64,000 nucleotides of DNA. Source: an uncultured delta proteobacterium. GTDB taxonomy: Bacteria; Myxococcota_A; Polyangia; Polyangiales; Polyangiaceae. This document shows positions 13,693-23,524 of the stretch, in pieces; the stretch's first letter is position 1, and each line of letters starts with the position of its first letter. The stretch spans positions 64,001-128,000 of the forward strand of contig CAWJCS010000003.1 of the NCBI GenBank assembly GCA_963841435.1. Reading direction: 5' to 3'. Below the pieces are notes generated by a model. The model was given only the letters and a program-made list of their open reading frames with translations. It ran no database searches and was not told the origin of the DNA. The translations under genes and the position numbers were made by a program.

Positions 13693-14576
13693 CCAGCCTG
13701 ACCTTGAAGTGCGCGGATGCGGTCGGCGATGGGCGGGTGCGAGCGGAACAGCGCGGCGACGCCGCCGCCGTTGATGCCGAAGGCCGCCATCGACTTCGGC
13801 AAGCTCGATTCCTCGTGGCCGCCCAGGCGCCGGAGCGCGTTGATCATGGCCGACGCGCCGCGCAGATCGGCTCCGCCGCGGTCGGCGCGGAACTCGCGCC
13901 GTCGGCTGAACCACGCCACGATGATCGACGCGAGCAGCCCGAGCACCATCTGCGCCGCCATCACACTGACGAAGTAGCCGATGCCCCCGCCGCGGCTGCG
14001 CTCGCCGCGACCGCTCATGGCAGAGTCGATGATGCCGCCGATGATGCGCGCGAAGAAGATCACGAACGTGTTGAGCACGCCCTGGATGAGCGTGAGCGTC
14101 ACCATGTCGCCGTTGGCGACGTGGGTCATCTCGTGGCCAATCACGGCCTCGACCTCGTCGCGGTTCATGGTGCGCAAAAGGCCCGTGCTCACGGCGACGA
14201 GCGCTTTGTTCTTCGACGGCCCCGTCGCGAAGGCGTTCATCTCGGGCGCGTCGTAGACGGCGATTTCCGGCATCTGCAGGCCGAGGCGGCTCGCCTGGCT
14301 CTGCACGGTCTGGAACAACCAGGCCTCGGTCGCGTTGCGCGGGGCGTCGATCACCTTCGCGCCCGTCGCCATCTTGGCCATCCACTTCGAAATCAGCAGC
14401 GAAACGAACGAGCCACCGAAGCCGATGAGGGCCGAAAGGACCATGAGCGGGCCGTAGGCCTGCAGAAACTCCCCCTTGCCGAACACGCCCGCGCGTTCGA
14501 GCACCATCACGATGATGTTGACGACGAACAGAATCGCGAAGTTGGTGGCGATCAAAAGTCCGATGCGCTTGAACAC
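13689..14576 (-). CDS. htpX: Membrane zinc metalloprotease HtpX
   Basis: MFKRIGLLIATN, NAFATG, HEMTHVANGDMVTLTLIQGVLNTF, FSRRREFRAD, SHPP..RI; GAGGAG RBS. Confidence 0.95.
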   Translation of the reverse strand: MFKRIGLLIATNFAILFVVNIIVMVLERAGVFGKGEFLQAYGPLMVLSALIGFGGSFVSLLISKWMAKMATGAKVIDAPRNATEAWLFQTVQSQASRLGLQMPEIAVYDAPEMNAFATGPSKNKALVAVSTGLLRTMNRDEVEAVIGHEMTHVANGDMVTLTLIQGVLNTFVIFFARIIGGIIDSAMSGRGERSRGGGIGYFVSVMAAQMVLGLLASIIVAWFSRRREFRADRGGADLRGASAMINALRRLGGHEESSLPKSMAAFGINGGGVAALFRSHPPIADRIRALQGQAG

Positions 14577-14732
14577 GGCGGGTGGTCTCCTCGGGGGTGG
14601 TTCTCAAGGTAGCTATAAGCATCGCTCGCACCCTTGTCCACCCCCGCCGCGCCGGAAGTCGGGCGGAATCGTTGGGGAATAAATCGCGTGCTCCGCGGTT
14701 TGGCCACCGCGGGCGGGACTTCGGTTTCGGGC

Positions 14733-15797
14733 TCAGCCGAAGAGCTCGGTGCCCACGCGCTTCTTCTTCGGGAACACGACCTTGCGCGCCACGAGATCGT
14801 TCACCGTGTCGCGCAAGGTTTCACCGGGGTCGCGGGGGCGGAAACCGAGCTCGCGCTCGGCCTTGCTGCCGTCGCAGTACCAAAAGTACTGGCTCATCTC
14901 GAGGCTCACCTCGTCGATGGGCGGCTCGCCGCCGATGCTGCGCACGGCGCGCGCGAACAGCCGACCGATGCCGAGCGCGAGCGGGCGCGACGACGGCAAG
15001 CGGAGCACGGGCGCCGGCACGCCGCTGATGCGCGAAAGCCGCTGAAAGAACGCCGCGAGCGTCAGATTCTGTGCGTTCAGGATGTAGCGCTCGCCGGGCC
15101 GGCCGCGCTCGGCGGCGAGCAACATGCCCTGGGCTGCGTCGCGTGCGTTGACGAACGCGATGCCGCCCGCGGGCGTCGCGGGGATGACCCCCTCGAGAAA
15201 GCGCCGCACGTCGCCCGTCGACGACCCGCGCAAGTCGCCCGGGCCGAGCAGAAGGCTCGGGTTGACGACCACGACCTCGAACGTGCCGGGCACGTTCGCT
15301 TCGATCGCCTCGCGCTCGCCGTAGAGCTTGGTGCGGTAGTACGGCCAGCTCGCGATGAGCTCGAGCGGAGCGCGGCAGCCCTCGTCGGCGACGCGCGCCG
15401 AGTCCTTGCCGACGGCGAGGGTCCCACTCGTGCTCGCCACGACCACGCGCCGCACGCCGGCCGCGCGCAGGCCCGCGAGCGTGCTCTTCATGCCGACGAC
15501 GTGAAGCTGGTAGAGCTCTTCGGAGGCGTCGCGGTCGCGCGTGACGCGGCCCGTCGCGACGAACGCGACCTCGGCGCCCTCCGCGCTCGCGCGCACGGCG
15601 TCGGCGTCGAGCACGTCGACGGCGCGCACGGCGCCGTCCGGCGTCCCGGAGCGCGAGATCGCGATCACGTCGTCGCCGCGGGCGCGCAGCGCTTGGGCGA
15701 CGTGCGCGCCCAGAAATCCCGTGCCGCCGCCGACCCACGCGCGGCGAGCACGCCCCGCGACGGCTGCCGTCGCGCCATTCCCATCGTCGTCGCTCAT
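14733..15797 (-). CDS. elbE: NAD-dependent epimerase/dehydratase (extended SDR), ElbE-like
   Basis: GGTGFLG, YYRTK (YxxxK), VNPSLLLGPGD. Starts 4 bp after the stop of the elbD-like gene. Symbol assigned from synteny. Confidence 0.8.
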   Translation of the reverse strand: MSDDDGNGATAAVAGRARRAWVGGGTGFLGAHVAQALRARGDDVIAISRSGTPDGAVRAVDVLDADAVRASAEGAEVAFVATGRVTRDRDASEELYQLHVVGMKSTLAGLRAAGVRRVVVASTSGTLAVGKDSARVADEGCRAPLELIASWPYYRTKLYGEREAIEANVPGTFEVVVVNPSLLLGPGDLRGSSTGDVRRFLEGVIPATPAGGIAFVNARDAAQGMLLAAERGRPGERYILNAQNLTLAAFFQRLSRISGVPAPVLRLPSSRPLALGIGRLFARAVRSIGGEPPIDEVSLEMSQYFWYCDGSKAERELGFRPRDPGETLRDTVNDLVARKVVFPKKKRVGTELFG

Positions 15798-15801
15798 CGG
15801 T

Positions 15802-18800
15802 TCACTCGCCGTCGCCGCTCGGTGCGCTCAATCGGAAGGTCTTCTGGAACTCGAGCAACAGCCCCACGTTGTTGGTCTTCACGGCCCCCGACAAGAACTC
15901 CGCGGGCGAGGGCACGTAAGCCTCGCGCACGATGCGCGCGAAGAGATCGGGCGACGTCTTCAGCACGCAATCGGCTGCGGCGACGTGCTTGCCGGGCTTC
16001 ACCTCGCAACCGTCCTTGGAAACGAGAAGCGTGAAGCGGTCGTCGCCGAGCGAAAAGTAGTAGCTCGTCGGCCGCTCGACGGTTTCGGGCGCGAAGCGCT
16101 GCTCGAGCTCCTGGAACACCTCGGACAAGGTGGGCGGCTTCTCGGGCTCGGGCAAGAGGTGCTCGGGACCGAGCGCGTGGGTGTCGAAAAGCTCTCCGCG
16201 CGAAAGGGCCCGCACGGCCCGCTCGACGAGGCGCGACGCGGCCCGCGACGCGTCCGCGGGCGAAAGATCGGCCGTGAGGCGCCGGAGCTCCGTCGCCTCG
16301 AGCACCGGACCGATGCGGGCCTCGACGTCGCGCCGCCGGATCAGCGTGGCGCCCTTCGGCAGGGCCTGGAAGGTGCCGCCGAGGTAAACGGGCAGGACGT
16401 CGATGGCGTGATGCAGGCTCATGTGCCCGACGGCAGCCTTGAACTCGTGGATCTCGCCGTCGGTGCTGCGCGTCCCCTCGGGGAAGACGAGCAGCGTCTG
16501 ACCCTCTTCGATGAGCTCGGCCGCCTTGCGCAGGCCCTGGCGCAACGTGCCGTTGCGCGGCATCGGCACGAGCCGCGTGAAGTTCTCGAAGTACGCCTTC
16601 CTGAAGCGGTTGCCCTCGAAGAAGTAGTCCTGCGCCGCGAGCGAAACGATGGCTTCGCCGTAGGTGCCGAGCGCGAACTTCACGAGCCCCATGTCGAGGT
16701 GGCTCGCGTGGTTCGCGGCCACGATGACGTTGCGATTGTGAGGGATGAAGGCGCGCCCGGAAACGCGGGTCTTCAACACCTTCTCGTAAAACCCGTGCTG
16801 GGCGCGGCCGAGCCAGTGCATCGCGGCCTCGCGCAGGGGCTCCGGCACCTCGAGCGACTCCGGCTCGGCCTCGACGATCGTGCTCGTCGAGGGCGCCATG
16901 GAGCGGCTCTGCTCACCGAGCACGGCCTCGACGTCACCGACCGTCTGGCAGGCGCTGAGGCGCTCGGCGTCGAGCGAGCGCCCGGCTTGGGCCTCGAGGG
17001 CGACGAGCAGCTCGAGCAACATCAGCGAATCGAAGCCGAGGTCGCCGCGCAGGGACGTGGTGCCGTGCAGCGAGGCCGGGTCGCGCCGCGCGATGGTCGC
17101 CGCGGCCGCCCGCACGCCGCGTGACACGCTGCTGAGCGCGCCGGGCGCCTGGCTCTTCGGCTCGCTCGCCGCGAGCACGCGCTCGAGCTGACGGCGGACC
17201 TCGGCGCGCTTGACCTTGCGGGTGCTCGTGCGCGGTAGCGATGAGTAGACGAGCGTGACGACGGCGGGGCGCTGGGCGCCGGGGAGCTCCGAAAGCGCGG
17301 CATCGAGCGCCGTCTTGGCGCGAGCGTGGCGCTCGGCGTGCTGAAAGGAATCGTCCGGCTCCGGCACGGCAACGAGCGCCACGCGCTCGCCCCCGCGGCC
17401 GTCGCTGATGCCGACCACGGCGAGCTCGGAGACGTGCTCGACCTGGCCGAGCCGCGCCTCGACGTCGTCGGGGTACACGTTCTCGCCGTTCGAGGTGACG
17501 ATCACGTCCTTGGCGCGACCCGAGATCACGAGGTTGCCACGCCCGTCGAGCTTGCCGAGGTCGCCGGTGCGAAGCCACCCGGCGGGGTCGATGGTCTCAC
17601 CCGTCGACTCCGCGTCGTCCGAATAGCCGAGCATGACGTTGGGGCCGCGCGCGAGCACCTGTCCGACGCCCTCGGCGTTCGGCTGCTCGATGCGGATCTC
17701 GACGCCGGGAATGGCCTTGCCGACGTGCCCGGAGCGCGCGCCGGGCCGCCCCTCCGCGACCGTGAGCACGGGAGCGGCCTCGGTGAGACCGTACCCTTCG
17801 GCAAGGTGGAGGCCGAGACCGGCGAAGAGCCGGTGCGTGCGCTCGGGCAGCGCCGCCCCACCGCTCACGAGAAAGCGCAGATTGCCGCCGAGACCCTGGT
17901 GGACGGGGCCGAAGAGCAGCCGCCCCGCGTCGATGCCCGTCGCCTTGCCGAGCGCGCGGTTCTGCTCCACCAGAAAGTCGAACACGTTGGAGAGCAGCGC
18001 ACCGCGCTCGGCCACGCGCGCGAGGATGCGCCGCTCGAGCATCTCCCAGAGCGCCGGCACGCCGATGAGCGCCGTGATGCGGCCCTCGTTGAGCGCGTCC
18101 TCGAGGCGCTCGGCATTCAGCTCGTCGAGGTAAACGACGCGTGCCCCCCGCGAGAGCGGCAGGAGCAGCCCACACGAAAGCTCGAACGTGTGGTGCAGCG
18201 GCAGCACGGAGAGCACGCGGTCGCCCTTGTCGAGCGGGAAGAGCGGCGCGAGCGACGCGATGAGCGCCGTGAGATTGCCGTGCGAGAGCTCGACGCCCTT
18301 GGGGCGGCCCGTCGTGCCGCTCGTGTAGATGAGGGCCGCGACGCCGTCGCGCGGGGCAGGCGCCGCAGCCGCCTCGCGACCGGGGGCTGTGGCCTCGAGG
18401 AGATCGACGACACAGAGCTGCCCGGCGAGCGCCACGCCGACGCGGGCGCGCGCCTTTTCGTCGAGCAGCGCGACGCGGGCGCGCGACGCCTCCGCGAGCG
18501 TGAGCGCGGCCTCCCGCTCGACCGCGGCCTCGAGCGGCACGACGGTGGCGCCCGCGGCGAGAATGCCGAAAAACGCGATCGGCCAGCCGGGATGGTTCTC
18601 GGCAGCGATGAGCACGCGGTCGCCCGGCCTGACGCCGAGATCCTGGAGCCGGGCCGCGCAGGCGAGCGAGCGCTCGCGCCACTCGCGGAACGTGATGCGC
18701 GTGAGCCCGCCAGGCTCGGCGCGCTGCAGCGCCACCGCGAGATCGTGGCGGTCGGCCATCTCGTCGAGCAGCGCCCACAAGGTCTCGTGCGGGCGCGGCG

Positions 18801-20466
18801 CCTTACGTGGTCGCTTCACCTTCGCGTCGATCTGCGGGAACACCCACTTCTCGAGGCCCGGCATGTGCACGTCGAAGAACCAGTGGCGCCAGTCGATGGC
18901 CTCGGGCGCCCAGGCAATCTTCTTGCGATCCGCCGGTGTCATGCGCGCACAGGCGGCGCGCACGTTGTCCGAGCGGAACACGTACTGGTACCGAACGGTG
19001 AACGGGACGAACACCTCGAGCACACCGCCGACCCGCTTCTGCTGCGCCGCGAAACGCTTCAGCGCGCTCGACGCGGGGCCGAGCAGCGACCGCGCGGGGC
19101 CGACGGCCGCCTTCTCGAGCGCGCCGGCGACGACGGACGCCCCCTCGGCGATGCGATACGGGCCGTAGCGGTCGAACTGGGTGTCCGAGATCAGCGCGCC
19201 CTCGAAGTGCGCCTGCAAGAACGCGAGGAGCGGGCCGCCGCGCGACGTGCGCTTGTAGTAGCGTCGCTTGTAGAGCCCCGTGAGCTCGAAGAAGCGGCGC
19301 ATCGTGCAGGGGTTCGTGTCGGTCGAGCCCAGCTGGTAAACGGCCTTGGCGCTGCCGTCGACGAGCTCGGCGAGCGCGGCCGTGAGGCCGCCCGCCACGA
19401 GATCGCAGGGGATGACGTCGAGGTAGTTGTCGGAGCCCGGGATCTGCAGGCCACCCTCGCGCAGGATGTAAATGAGGGGGGCGCTCGTGTTGATGCCCTC
19501 GTTCCAGCCGGGGAACGGATAGGAAAGCGTCGACTCGACGATGGCGGGGCGCACGATCGTGAACGGAAGCCCAGAGCGCGCGGCGATCTGCTCGCCGATG
19601 GCCTTCGTGTACGTGTACGTGTTCGGAAAGCCCCAGAACTGGGCGCGCTCCATGCCCGTCTCGGCGAGGCGGGCCTCGATGAATTTTCGCCGGACCTTCT
19701 CGACCTCCTGGTCGAGCACGGAGCCGCGCGCCGGCTCGCCCTTCTCGGCGAGGTTCTTCTTCGCCTCGGCGAGGAAATGGCTCTGGCGGAAAGCGTCGCT
19801 CGCGCGGTGCCGCGCCTGCTCGATGACGTCGAGGCACTCGGCGATCTCGCGGTCGGGGTTCCAGTGCGCGCGTTCGAGCGCGTCGGCGCGCGGGAAGGGG
19901 AAATCCAGCGGGTTCGTCTCGTGAATGTGCCCCGTGCGGCTGCCGGCGACGTAGCAGGTGCTCGTGTGGAGCAGCGGCAAGTCGCCGAGGTCCCGCGCGA
20001 GCGTCACGAGGTTCTGCACGCCGAAAGCGTTCACTTCGAGCGCCTCGTCGAGCGGCGGATCGAAATCGACGACGCCGGCGACGTTGACGACGGCGTCCAC
20101 CGCGCCGCGCAAATCCTCGCGCAGCGTCGCCGCGATCCCGCAATACGGCTGGACGACGTCACCCTCGATCGGCGTCACCTTCTGCCGCATGAACGCTTCG
20201 AAGTGCGGGCCGTACTGCTTCCGGAGCGGGTCGAACACCGCGGTCGGCACGATCTCGTCCCAGAAGCGTGCCTCCACCGAGCGCGCACCCTTCGGCCGCA
20301 CCACGAGGTACAGGTGCTCGATGGACGGGTAGTGCGAGAGCAGGAACGACCACCACGTCTTGCCGAGAAAGCCCGTTCCGCCGACGACGACGAAGCGCCG
20401 TCCGACGAAAATCTCCTCGAGATCGAGCGGGTGCGGCCCGGCTCCGTTCGACGAATCGCCGCTCAA
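15802..20466 (-). CDS. elbD: Multidomain fatty acyl-CoA reductase / acyl-CoA ligase / ACP / acyltransferase + SCP2-like tail (ElbD-like ether lipid enzyme)
   Basis: FAR: GGTGFLGK, YTYTK, IVRPAIV. A-domain: YTSGTTGRPKG, GYGLTE, RTGDLG. ACP: DLGFDSL. PlsC: NHASHLD, FPEGTRS. TTG start at 20466 overlaps the upstream TGA. Confidence 0.9.
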   Translation of the reverse strand: MSGDSSNGAGPHPLDLEEIFVGRRFVVVGGTGFLGKTWWSFLLSHYPSIEHLYLVVRPKGARSVEARFWDEIVPTAVFDPLRKQYGPHFEAFMRQKVTPIEGDVVQPYCGIAATLREDLRGAVDAVVNVAGVVDFDPPLDEALEVNAFGVQNLVTLARDLGDLPLLHTSTCYVAGSRTGHIHETNPLDFPFPRADALERAHWNPDREIAECLDVIEQARHRASDAFRQSHFLAEAKKNLAEKGEPARGSVLDQEVEKVRRKFIEARLAETGMERAQFWGFPNTYTYTKAIGEQIAARSGLPFTIVRPAIVESTLSYPFPGWNEGINTSAPLIYILREGGLQIPGSDNYLDVIPCDLVAGGLTAALAELVDGSAKAVYQLGSTDTNPCTMRRFFELTGLYKRRYYKRTSRGGPLLAFLQAHFEGALISDTQFDRYGPYRIAEGASVVAGALEKAAVGPARSLLGPASSALKRFAAQQKRVGGVLEVFVPFTVRYQYVFRSDNVRAACARMTPADRKKIAWAPEAIDWRHWFFDVHMPGLEKWVFPQIDAKVKRPRKAPRPHETLWALLDEMADRHDLAVALQRAEPGGLTRITFREWRERSLACAARLQDLGVRPGDRVLIAAENHPGWPIAFFGILAAGATVVPLEAAVEREAALTLAEASRARVALLDEKARARVGVALAGQLCVVDLLEATAPGREAAAAPAPRDGVAALIYTSGTTGRPKGVELSHGNLTALIASLAPLFPLDKGDRVLSVLPLHHTFELSCGLLLPLSRGARVVYLDELNAERLEDALNEGRITALIGVPALWEMLERRILARVAERGALLSNVFDFLVEQNRALGKATGIDAGRLLFGPVHQGLGGNLRFLVSGGAALPERTHRLFAGLGLHLAEGYGLTEAAPVLTVAEGRPGARSGHVGKAIPGVEIRIEQPNAEGVGQVLARGPNVMLGYSDDAESTGETIDPAGWLRTGDLGKLDGRGNLVISGRAKDVIVTSNGENVYPDDVEARLGQVEHVSELAVVGISDGRGGERVALVAVPEPDDSFQHAERHARAKTALDAALSELPGAQRPAVVTLVYSSLPRTSTRKVKRAEVRRQLERVLAASEPKSQAPGALSSVSRGVRAAAATIARRDPASLHGTTSLRGDLGFDSLMLLELLVALEAQAGRSLDAERLSACQTVGDVEAVLGEQSRSMAPSTSTIVEAEPESLEVPEPLREAAMHWLGRAQHGFYEKVLKTRVSGRAFIPHNRNVIVAANHASHLDMGLVKFALGTYGEAIVSLAAQDYFFEGNRFRKAYFENFTRLVPMPRNGTLRQGLRKAAELIEEGQTLLVFPEGTRSTDGEIHEFKAAVGHMSLHHAIDVLPVYLGGTFQALPKGATLIRRRDVEARIGPVLEATELRRLTADLSPADASRAASRLVERAVRALSRGELFDTHALGPEHLLPEPEKPPTLSEVFQELEQRFAPETVERPTSYYFSLGDDRFTLLVSKDGCEVKPGKHVAAADCVLKTSPDLFARIVREAYVPSPAEFLSGAVKTNNVGLLLEFQKTFRLSAPSGDGE

Positions 20467-22064
20467 GTCGCGCCTCCGCGCGGCAACGTCACGTCCCCCA
20501 TCACGATGGGTGGCACGTGGAGCAAGGTCACGTCGAGGCTCCGGGCCTCGCCGCCCCGCGCCCGATAGAGCGCGTCCTCCATGTTCGGCGCCGTTTCCCA
20601 GCCGAAAAGCTTCGGAATGTACTCGTTGTCCGCACCGACCACGATGACGCGGCCCACGTGCTGTCGCCCGTTCTCGCCCCAGTACCACATGAAGAAGGGG
20701 TGCGAGGGGTGGTACGCGTGCCCCGTGCGGAACATCTGCACGAGCGCCGGATCGCGCGCGTACTTTTCCTCGTAGCGCTCGCGAAGCTCGACGGCGTCAC
20801 GCGTCTCCGGCAGGATCCGGTGCACGAAATCGACGTACGGTGCGTGCTGCTCGTGGTCGAATTTGTCCGATGCAGGGGTGGAGCAAGATCAGCGTGCCGC
20901 CCTTCTTCACGAGCGGCGCGCCGCGGTACATGTTGAAAAGGTACCCTTGCGCGAGCACCTGCACGAGCAGCGGGTTCAAGAACGCATGCACGTTGTACGG
21001 GCTGATGTACGGCACGCCGAACACGAGCACGTCCGCCTGCCCCTCGATGGGCACGCAGTACTGCTCGAAGCTGCGTTCGACCGTGCGAGCGTGCACTTTT
21101 TCAACGTCGCCCGCCCACACGCCCGTCATGCCGTACGGCGCGGGAAAGCGGTCGAAAATCGCCTGGCGCGCCGGCTGGGGCAGCTTCTTCGTGCTGATGA
21201 CGAGCGCTTTCAGGAGCGCCTTCTCGCGCCCGCTGAGCTCGTCCTCGTTCTTCATCAAGAAATCGAGCGAAGCGATCGAACATGCGGTTGTTCACCGTCG
21301 TCTCGATCGTGAAAACATTGAGCTTTTCGTGCGCGAGGCGGCCCATCCGCTCGATGTCGCTCGCGAGCTGCGAGCGCGCGGGATCCATGTAGCTGTCCGA
21401 GCCGCGGATGGAGTGCGGGTTGTGGTGCGCGCGCAGGCTCCGGTAGTTGCAGAGCCCCACGGCGACCGATTTGTGGCCGCCGTTCATCGGCACGAAGTTC
21501 AAGTTCACGTAGATGAGCAAGTCGCTCTCGGCGGCGCGGCGATTGAGCTCGAGCACCTCGCCGCGCTCGGTCTCGCCGATCCTCGACGATGTTGGCGCTG
21601 TCCTCGGCGTCGTGGTTGTAGAGCCGGTCCGGCCAGTAGGCGTCGAAGATGCGATCGCCCACCATGTGGCGGATCTCGGCCGGTTTCATGCGGCGGTGCA
21701 CGCCCGTCGCCACGATGATCTCGATGTCCTCGACGCCGTGATCGGCGAGCATCTCGAGCAGGATCGTCACGAGCCGCTCCCGCACGTCGGGGCGCCGCAT
21801 GGGCGGCAGCGGCAGCGAGATGTCGTCGACGGCGATCGTCACCTTCATGCCGGGCTTGAGCTGCGCGTGCAGCGGATCCGAGCCGAGCGGATGGTTCAGG
21901 GCGTAGCGAATTGCCGCGTCCGGGTCCCGTAGCGGCTCGAGCGGGGGCTTCGGGTAGATGCAGCGCGTCCCGGGAGGAAGATCGACCTCCACCAGCTGAT
22001 CGCCGGAAAACAGCGTGCGCGGCGCGCTATCGCGCTCGAGTGTGACGAGGCAGGGATGATTCAT
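20463..22064 (-). CDS. elbC: Lactate racemase (LarA/DUF2088)-domain protein, ElbC-like; three frameshifts (near 21580, 21270, 20868)
   Basis: [54 protein letters not shown] across ORFs 21255..22064, 21101..21556, 20797..21258 and 20463..20825. Confidence 0.82.
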
Positions 22065-22094
22065 GCGTCGAAGACGCTCCAGAGGGGGTTCACG

Positions 22095-22763
22095 TCAGGC
22101 CGGCACCGTCAGATCGAAGCGGGGCCAGGAGTACGCCTTCGCGAGCAGCGCGAGACGGCGGTCGGGATTCACGGCCGCCGGATGGCCGACGACGCTCAGC
22201 ATGGGAACGTCGGAATAGCTGTCACTGAAGGCGAAGCACTCGTCGAGGTCGTGGCCCTTCTTCCGCGCGTGATCGCGGACAATTCGAGCCTTTTCGGGAC
22301 CCGCGACCACGGGCATCAGCAGCTTGCCCGTGGCGATGCCGTCCTTCATCTCGAGGCGATTGGCAATGACGTCGCCACCGCCGAGGTGGTCCGCCAGCCG
22401 CTCGACGATGAGGTCGAGCGCGCCAGAAACGAAAACGAGCTCGTGCCCCGCGGCGTGGCTCTTCTCGACGAGGCTCCGGGCCGCCGGAAACAGCGAAGGC
22501 CTGAGCACGGATTCGAAAACCTCGTCGGCGAGCACCACGAGCCGATCTTCACTCATCCCCGCGTAAGCACTGTACAAAAGCTCGTTGAACATCCGCCGAT
22601 CCAAAAGCTCGGCGAAAGCCATGCGCGGGGCGCGCAGCAGGGCCTTCCCAATCTGCATGGCCGTCTGCACGGGCGTGCCCTGGTTCACGAGATAAAAGAG
22701 GGTGGGCTGGATCAGGTTGGTCCTGACCAGCGTCCCGTCCACGTCGAAGTAACAGGCGGCCAA
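22095..22763 (-). CDS. elbB: HAD-IB family phosphatase, ElbB-like
   Basis: FDVDGTL (motif I), VSGA (II), EKA (III), FSDSYSD (IV), VNPD. Start TTG 22763 or 22784. Confidence 0.85.
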   Translation of the reverse strand: MAACYFDVDGTLVRTNLIQPTLFYLVNQGTPVQTAMQIGKALLRAPRMAFAELLDRRMFNELLYSAYAGMSEDRLVVLADEVFESVLRPSLFPAARSLVEKSHAAGHELVFVSGALDLIVERLADHLGGGDVIANRLEMKDGIATGKLLMPVVAGPEKARIVRDHARKKGHDLDECFAFSDSYSDVPMLSVVGHPAAVNPDRRLALLAKAYSWPRFDLTVPA

Positions 22764-22935
22764 CTCCGGCCTTCGGTCGCTCAAGTCGGGGGGGGCGTCA
22801 AGGGAACGCCTGGAATTGCCGCCAAAATGCCCGAAGGACTGGCGGGCCGGCCGGCGGGCTTTCGCGGCCGGCAGCCGGGTCGGCGGCAAGGCGATCTCGA
22901 AGCCCGGCAGGGCAAAATCGGGCGATAGTCGCGGG

Positions 22936-23328
22936 GTGTCGACCTCCGAGGCCGTGACGCACGGTGTGCGGGTGCGGGTGGATTGCCGGTTCTCGCCCGA
23001 GCGATCGGATCCGAGCCGGCGCGAATATTTCTTCGTGTACACGGTGACCATCACCAACGAAGGCCCCGAGCCCGTGCAGCTCGTCAGCCGCCATTGGATC
23101 ATCACCAACGCGCACGGGAAAGTCGACGAGGTGCGGGGCCCGGGCGTGGTGGGGCAGCAGCCGCGCCTCGCTCACGACGAAACGTTCGAATACACGTCGG
23201 GCTGCCCGCTCGACACGGCGTTCGGCTCGATGCGTGGCAGCTACGAGCTCGTGCGCGTCGACGCCCGCGAGCGTTTCGACGTGGAGATCGCCCCGTTCGC
23301 CCTACGCCAGGACGGCGTCTTCCACTAA
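22936..23328 (+). CDS. apaG: ApaG protein
   Basis: YTVTITN, QLVSRHWIIT, VRGPGVVGQQP, FEYTSGCPL.T.GSMRGSY. Confidence 0.95.
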   Translation: MSTSEAVTHGVRVRVDCRFSPERSDPSRREYFFVYTVTITNEGPEPVQLVSRHWIITNAHGKVDEVRGPGVVGQQPRLAHDETFEYTSGCPLDTAFGSMRGSYELVRVDARERFDVEIAPFALRQDGVFH

Positions 23329-23461
23329 CCCGCGAAAGCGCGTGCCCCGGTTCGACCGCGACGAGACGCCACCGGGCGAAGCATCGCGCGCTCGTTTGGA
23401 AGCGATGCACGCGCGATGGGCCGTCGCCGTGTCGCCGGTTGGTTTGGAGGCGACCAGCGTG

Positions 23462-23476
23462 CGGCACCGGGCTAGC
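23462..23476 (+). promoter_or_regulatory. Possible sigma54 promoter
   Basis: cGGCACcgggcTAGC (GG-N10-GC) just upstream of the DUF922-like lipoprotein gene. Confidence 0.4.
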
Positions 23477-23524
23477 GCGAAGGTGCCCCCCGTTCCACGC
23501 ACGCTGCACGATAAGCCGCGCGGC

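Noticed and set aside
15802-20466. NRPS / secondary metabolite cluster
   Set aside because: No condensation domain; the domain set and neighbours match lipid (Elb-type) biosynthesis.
17326-20568. 1080-aa plus-strand ORF (and similar long ORFs such as 238..1608, 7278..8780, 30637..32760, 41587..43449)
   Set aside because: Antisense shadows of real high-GC genes; no recognisable motifs.
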